NCBI GenBank assembly: GCA_037146775.1
Contig: JBAWWL010000007.1
Location: 1,536 to 65,535, forward strand
Direction of reading: 5' to 3'
Source of the DNA: Candidatus Omnitrophota bacterium
GTDB lineage: Bacteria; Omnitrophota; Gorgyraeia; Duberdicusellales; 4484-171
DNA: 64,000 nucleotides
How positions within the stretch are numbered: position 1 is the first letter of the stretch; every line of letters begins with the position of its first letter. Shown piece by piece: positions 59,701 through 64,000 of the stretch. The notes beneath the pieces are model-generated. The model made no database searches, was not told the DNA's origin, and was given only the letters and a program-made list of their open reading frames with translations. The position numbers were made by a program, and so were the translations under genes.

Positions 59701-62003
59701 ATATTCTTATTGAACCAGTTCCGATTAATAGGTGGGTAAACAATGCTGTCGACAGGACTCTTCCAGGTATATTTTTCGCATTAATGCTTCTTTACTATGA
59801 TTTCAAAATTCAGAATGAGCATGGTTCTAATATTTATTTAACCGGTGGATTTCGTGATGCAGTAAAAAATGGCTGGTTGGCTAGCTCTGACAATATAGCC
59901 GATATGGTTATTCAATCTTATTTAGCTTATGGGCCATCAGGAGAATTATTTCGAGAGAAGATAAAAGTCAAAGTGAAAGACATTTACGATAAGCTAAGTA
60001 ATTGGTCGTTAAGCAAGAGAGACTTTATCGCTACGGCTCTTGATGGATATCATCCTATGCGCAGCTTGCGAGATACAGATATTCAGATAGAGATCGAGCA
60101 TCCGCAGCTAAATAAAACAATGAGTCGGGGAGTTATGCAGTTGTTGTATAGACACTTTCCTTGTACCTGGTTGTATTTTGATAAAGGTAGATTAGAGCAA
60201 GAAGTTTCTTTTATTGATTTCTGGGATAGCCGTGAAATACCAGTCGCAAATTTAAATAAGAAACGGTTATTAAAAAGAGTAGAAAAGTATATAAGTGGTT
60301 TTGGTAATAGAAAGAACATCAATATTCCTTTAAATGAGAATGAATATTTAGTATTACAACCAATAAGAGCTCATGCAGTTACAAAAGCAGAAACGTATTT
60401 CTGCACCAATAATAAGTGCAATAAAGTATTTAAAAAACATGCTTTAATTAATGGAAATTGCCCAGATTGTCATCGTAGAGCTAGCCAAATGCCGCTAGTA
60501 TATGCATGTGATTGTGGCTGGACAGGTCCAGTAGAGGTTATGGGTTGTAGACAGCATGGCTTGCAGGATATGAGATTTCGTGACGGCAGGTATGATACTA
60601 GGAGTTGGATTTGTAAAATAGATAACCAAGCCGTTAATGTAAGAACACGTTGCCCGGAGTGTCAGAAGGTTCCCCTATATCCTAAGAATATCGGAGATGC
60701 TTCTATTTCTATACCTAGAACTGTAACAATGATTGATCTTGTTGAGTCTGATAAGGAGAAATCACTTGAGCATCCAAATGGGGTCCCCCTCATATATGCT
60801 ACATGGCTAGGTAAAGTTTCAATTTCAGAAGCCGCAGACTTATTTAGGAGCATTCTGAATCCATTGCCAGAACAGGAAGATTTAGCTAAGAAGATGGAGG
60901 AAGAAGTTAAACAAAATATGGAAAATCTGGGAGTTGACGAGAACTTAGCCAGAAGGATTGCGGAGAAATATCTTAAGGGTAGCCGTGATATTACCGGTAG
61001 ATTAAATGAAATTAATAACTGGATTTCAGATAAAATCGTTAATCTATCTGAAGATGCTAAAAGAATAAATGCAACTAGCATTCTTGAGTTTGAGACAATA
61101 AATTCTTTAAAAGAAGCGCGGGATCTTAGCACTATTTCTGAATTTAACAAGCAGCTTTTATCCCAAGAGAATTTACAGGATTATAAGAGCATTGCAAACA
61201 AATACGGATTTATTAGCGTAAAAGCTTGTTCTAACGTTCCTATGGTGTATTGCAATTATGGATACTCAAGAAATGAATTTGAAATGGGCGGTTCAACAAC
61301 ATTATTAGGTTTTCCTCCTGATAGAGAAGTAAAGGCTAGATTTCCCGGAAAGAAGAATATTTATGCCCAAAAATATAATACAGAAGGTATAGTTTTTGAG
61401 CTTGATAGGGCACGAATATTATTCTGGTTGCTTAAAAACAAAATAGTTGATAGGGTTACTAATAATTTACCCGGAAATTTAAATAACGAAGAAGAAGCGA
61501 AACTATGGTTTATAAACAACTTAAGGCAGGATTTACTTTCTCCATTCAAACCTATTAAAGTAATAGATCATAAAATTACCTATTATGTGCATACCCTAAC
61601 CCATACACTTTCACACATGCTCATAAAAAATGCCGAAGCCTTGTTGGGGTTAGATAAAAATTCTTTAGGCGAGTATTCATTTTTAACTGTTCCCAGTTTC
61701 TTAATATATTCACATGACATGCACGATTTTCCGCTAGGAGCATTCTTTAATTTATTTGCGAACTCTTTCCAGGCGTGGCTTGAGAATTCGTTTGAGGCTA
61801 GTTCGTCTTGCATAAACGATCCAATATGTATCGAACATTTAACTAAAGAGCCTGGAGATGAAACAGCTTCGTGTTTCGATTGTCTTCACCTCAATGAAAT
61901 ATCTTGCCAGTATATGAATTATAATTTAGATAGAAAATTGTTAACTGGTAAGGTAAAAGAAGATAAACATATTTTCTTCGGTTATTGGGAGAATCTGGAG
62001 TAA
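56763..62003 (+). CDS. DrmA-like SF2 helicase fused to DrmB-like DUF1998 protein
   Basis: LLYFPTGGGKTEA, YPLRLLS, QDELH, QATSRVGR; C-terminal HTLSH and CINDPIC..CFDC..EISC. Confidence 0.85.
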   Translation: MNDIRAKIIEHINQKLFQEVTGRNIDRLIWQDRFDEKFFIGLLSAGSTEHEEFQTRARTKQIGIDILLKKEEVEKIKLTYSVSGSFFYRVFPSLTEQREFYVKKFNENFSQQIDSWNDLTYFLQNNPSFKPIKCDVAPVFCKIKLVDEPIEYRLAGKELDSHLNVKSDAHREFVLNMANSSTDYYYIIREEVELKDLNSKDKWQEFIRNNKSDRMPLQWDFDYNIKEIDYDKDRMRISFTWSNMAQVETRNGKLVYDGIRVNEIFDCKIKLKVDGGEPCRFTMKGFAEDYKYDRTIKAIGKNCFIEENNVNGNILETNPCPVYEQYRLKVRRFGLIPTFEGFSKEPLPILDSIASEMDKYIENFDIEVKEFFAHKGLDMQEKKTQLDYEKADFSRERERFKKGISILKNCPDVLQAFRLMNKSFLNSSINFNSWHLFQIVFIVSLLPDFAKNKYSEIEGDSLDKVDLLYFPTGGGKTEAFLGLIIFNLFFDRLRGKKLGVTALVKYPLRLLSIQQMQRIADIVASAEKIRREEENLKDSEGFAVGYFVGESNTPNKIDKKESQNLVKMSQDNLTKQYLILDKCPFCQKKGMIIKYLEQNNRLAHFCPNCDEGLLPIYIVDREIYRYLPSVVVSTIDKYAGVGNQRNFRNILGCVSARCSLHGFTSQLECTEKGFAGVCTLSKDKLEKVNYQNLSPTLLVQDELHLLSESLGIFDSHYETFIKYFIEHLMSSTSKLKIIAATATISHYKNQIKHLYMQDAIRFPTPSPNPNKSFYYMVDYNELNRVFIGIAPVGITPKTAVYKIVELLRNYIFEYYDSPVKLNNELKLKLSDSEIKEILRDYWTILEYNQKKSDTLNICDTLGKTVNPKLKEQARFNIENLTGDKKLEEVRQIISDIENPNNPLPSPDFLAATSMISHGVDIDIFNIMVLYGVPQTIGEYIQATSRVGRQHPAFVFCIFIVNREKDRSYYKYFKQFNECKDILIEPVPINRWVNNAVDRTLPGIFFALMLLYYDFKIQNEHGSNIYLTGGFRDAVKNGWLASSDNIADMVIQSYLAYGPSGELFREKIKVKVKDIYDKLSNWSLSKRDFIATALDGYHPMRSLRDTDIQIEIEHPQLNKTMSRGVMQLLYRHFPCTWLYFDKGRLEQEVSFIDFWDSREIPVANLNKKRLLKRVEKYISGFGNRKNINIPLNENEYLVLQPIRAHAVTKAETYFCTNNKCNKVFKKHALINGNCPDCHRRASQMPLVYACDCGWTGPVEVMGCRQHGLQDMRFRDGRYDTRSWICKIDNQAVNVRTRCPECQKVPLYPKNIGDASISIPRTVTMIDLVESDKEKSLEHPNGVPLIYATWLGKVSISEAADLFRSILNPLPEQEDLAKKMEEEVKQNMENLGVDENLARRIAEKYLKGSRDITGRLNEINNWISDKIVNLSEDAKRINATSILEFETINSLKEARDLSTISEFNKQLLSQENLQDYKSIANKYGFISVKACSNVPMVYCNYGYSRNEFEMGGSTTLLGFPPDREVKARFPGKKNIYAQKYNTEGIVFELDRARILFWLLKNKIVDRVTNNLPGNLNNEEEAKLWFINNLRQDLLSPFKPIKVIDHKITYYVHTLTHTLSHMLIKNAEALLGLDKNSLGEYSFLTVPSFLIYSHDMHDFPLGAFFNLFANSFQAWLENSFEASSSCINDPICIEHLTKEPGDETASCFDCLHLNEISCQYMNYNLDRKLLTGKVKEDKHIFFGYWENLE

Positions 62004-62011
62004 GGTTAATT

Positions 62012-63697
62012 ATGGCGAAAATGATTCCCGAAAGCTTAACTTATTATAATTTTACTGAATCGGAAAAGTTAGTTTTTGATTCTTTGCGTACCCTAGGAGA
62101 AAATTTTACAGTTTTTTATTCTGTTCCTTGGCAAAAGAAAACCAATTTGGGTAACTTTAGATTCAATGGTGAGTGCGATTTTATAATCGAACATAAGGAT
62201 AAAGGATTTATATCCCTAGAAGTTAAGGGCGGTAAGGATATTAAAATAGAGAATAACATTTGGTACCTATATTTTAGTGAACGAGAACGACTAGACAGTG
62301 ATGAATATTTAGAAAATACTAATCAATTTATCAGGCGATTAAGGCAAAGTCCATTAGCTCAGTCACGGGATTCCATGTATTTCTTCGTTGATCATTTCAA
62401 GGAAAAATACGGAAGAGATTTCTCGGGGTTATTTGGGCATGCTGCTTGTTTCCCTAACTTTCGAATTAAGGATGACCTTGGGCCTGAAGCGCCAAAACAG
62501 ATTATTATTGATGCAAGCGGCATGATTAATATCGAGAAAAGAATTAATGAAATTTTTACTTATTACGAACATGATAGGAAGGGGCGATATATAGATAAAG
62601 ATCATTACGACTTTATTAATATAATTAGACTTAGGCGACACTATTCTATAACTAAAGGTAGCTTGATTAGAAATAGAAGCGATATCTTCGAGTCGATAAA
62701 CCATACTCAAGATTTATATTTAGAAATGATTGGAGAATATAAAGATGCTCTTATAACGGGTGGAGCTGGTACAGGAAAAACCTTTTGTGCTATTAAAAAA
62801 ACTAAACAATTAGCTAGCCAAGGGAAAAGAGTACTATTCATATGTTTTAATAAAAATCTTGCGGAGCATATAAAAGTTAATTATTTTTATAACATACATA
62901 ATGTCGATTGTTATAACTTTCATGAATTTATAAAGCTTTCGATAGGTTTAGACTTTTATAAAAAAATTTTCTTAGAGAGCAATAATAGATTTAACGGGCT
63001 TTTAAACCAGCTTCAAAATTCGCTCGAACGACTACCAAAATTCGATGCAATTATAGTAGACGAAGGACAGGATTTTGAAGAAGAGTGGTTTAAGTGTTTG
63101 AGTTTATTTGCGAAGGATGTACAAAACAAGATATTTTATGTTTTCTATGATAAAAATCAAGACATCTTTCAGGGGAATATTAGTCGGATATTAAAACTAT
63201 TTAATTATCCGCCTTTTCATTTGATTGAAAATCTTAGAAATTGTTCAGAAATTCAGAAGTGGGTTGTTGAAAAAACTGGTTTCGGTCATGATGTCATGCC
63301 CAACAAAATAGAAGGGGTGGAGCCGATAATATTTGAAGTAAAAAGTTTCGAACAAGTAAGTAGTGTTTTAAGTTCACTTTTTGACTCTCTTATCAAAAAT
63401 GAACTTATTGAGAATCACCAACTGATAATACTTTCTGATAGAAAACTGGAGAATAGTATTTTAAAAGAAAATAGACGAGTTGGTAACTATAGAATAATCG
63501 ATAGCATAATTGTTTGCGATCCCAACCCCGCCAATATTAGATTTGCTACTGTTCAGTCTTTTAAGGGGCTGGAATCCGATGTGGTTATCTATTTACAGCA
63601 CGATAATATTGAGCAAGGAAATAATAATATGCTTAAATATGTTGCATATACTAGAGCCCGGTTCATTCTTTATATTTTTAAATGTTTTATTTCTTAA
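62012..63697 (+). CDS. NERD nuclease-SF1 helicase
   Basis: ECDF..LEVKGG, GGAGTGKT, DEGQD, FKGLES, YVAYTRA. Confidence 0.88.
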   Translation: MAKMIPESLTYYNFTESEKLVFDSLRTLGENFTVFYSVPWQKKTNLGNFRFNGECDFIIEHKDKGFISLEVKGGKDIKIENNIWYLYFSERERLDSDEYLENTNQFIRRLRQSPLAQSRDSMYFFVDHFKEKYGRDFSGLFGHAACFPNFRIKDDLGPEAPKQIIIDASGMINIEKRINEIFTYYEHDRKGRYIDKDHYDFINIIRLRRHYSITKGSLIRNRSDIFESINHTQDLYLEMIGEYKDALITGGAGTGKTFCAIKKTKQLASQGKRVLFICFNKNLAEHIKVNYFYNIHNVDCYNFHEFIKLSIGLDFYKKIFLESNNRFNGLLNQLQNSLERLPKFDAIIVDEGQDFEEEWFKCLSLFAKDVQNKIFYVFYDKNQDIFQGNISRILKLFNYPPFHLIENLRNCSEIQKWVVEKTGFGHDVMPNKIEGVEPIIFEVKSFEQVSSVLSSLFDSLIKNELIENHQLIILSDRKLENSILKENRRVGNYRIIDSIIVCDPNPANIRFATVQSFKGLESDVVIYLQHDNIEQGNNNMLKYVAYTRARFILYIFKCFIS

Positions 63698-63750
63698 CCA
63701 GCATTTTCGAGATATTTGAAATTATTTATTAAATAAAAAAATGGGGGGGT

Positions 63751-64000
63751 ATGAAATATAAATTAGATAAGATTAAGAAAAGAGAAGAATGTTTTGGCTC
63801 TGTGCAGATTGGAAAGGAAAATTCCAATCTTGCTGAATTGATGGTTAGAAAGAGCATGAATATAAAATTATCCTTAGAGAATGTTTTAAAACTAAAGTTG
63901 GCCCTTGAGGCAGCTGCTTTGGAGCTTAACAAATATCATTTGGGCCAACTAAAAGCGCGTAATATAGGAGTAAATTTATTTATAGGCCCACAGAAGCAAA
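63751..64000 (+). CDS. Hypothetical protein, truncated by window end
   Basis: ATG after a G-rich RBS, open to the end (MKYKLDKIKKREECFG..). Confidence 0.55.
   Translation, partial: MKYKLDKIKKREECFGSVQIGKENSNLAELMVRKSMNIKLSLENVLKLKLALEAAALELNKYHLGQLKARNIGVNLFIGPQKQ

Larger units (their letters stand above)
43978..64000. mobile_element. Island 2 (defence island), right end outside window
   Basis: Recombinase plus DUF2924 next to attR, visibly AT-rich defence cargo; boundaries not proven. Confidence 0.7.

Overview
Bacterial chromosomal window. The gene style suggests Omnitrophota/PVC, which is inference only. Bases 1-25.9 kb are host backbone: 3' end of an rRNA operon (23S, 5S), greA, TPR and secreted proteins, a PAS-kinase-PilZ sensor, tRNA-Lys, archease, an intein-containing rtcB, serS, tRNA-Ser, dnaX and recR. 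At 26.0 kb a tRNA-Asn(GTT) is interrupted by a 221-nt group I intron. Its 3' end is the attachment site of a ~17.7-kb element (core CCCGGGGAGCCAT at 26284 and 43965). Integration appears to split the element's own large serine recombinase gene: re-joining the ends turns the TAG stop into CAG and adds 141 in-frame residues from the far end. The element encodes an ECF-like sigma factor with three identically spaced candidate promoters, one pointing into an array of repeated hairpins. It also has an NrS-1-like primase with iteron origin, a lambda-like cos sequence and defence cargo (Hhe-like helicase, DarTG, membrane protein plus two TIRs). From 44 kb a second recombinase/DUF2924 island carries a DISARM-like cluster with a fused DrmA-DrmB-like protein and runs off the window end. 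All family assignments come from motif recognition, not database searches.
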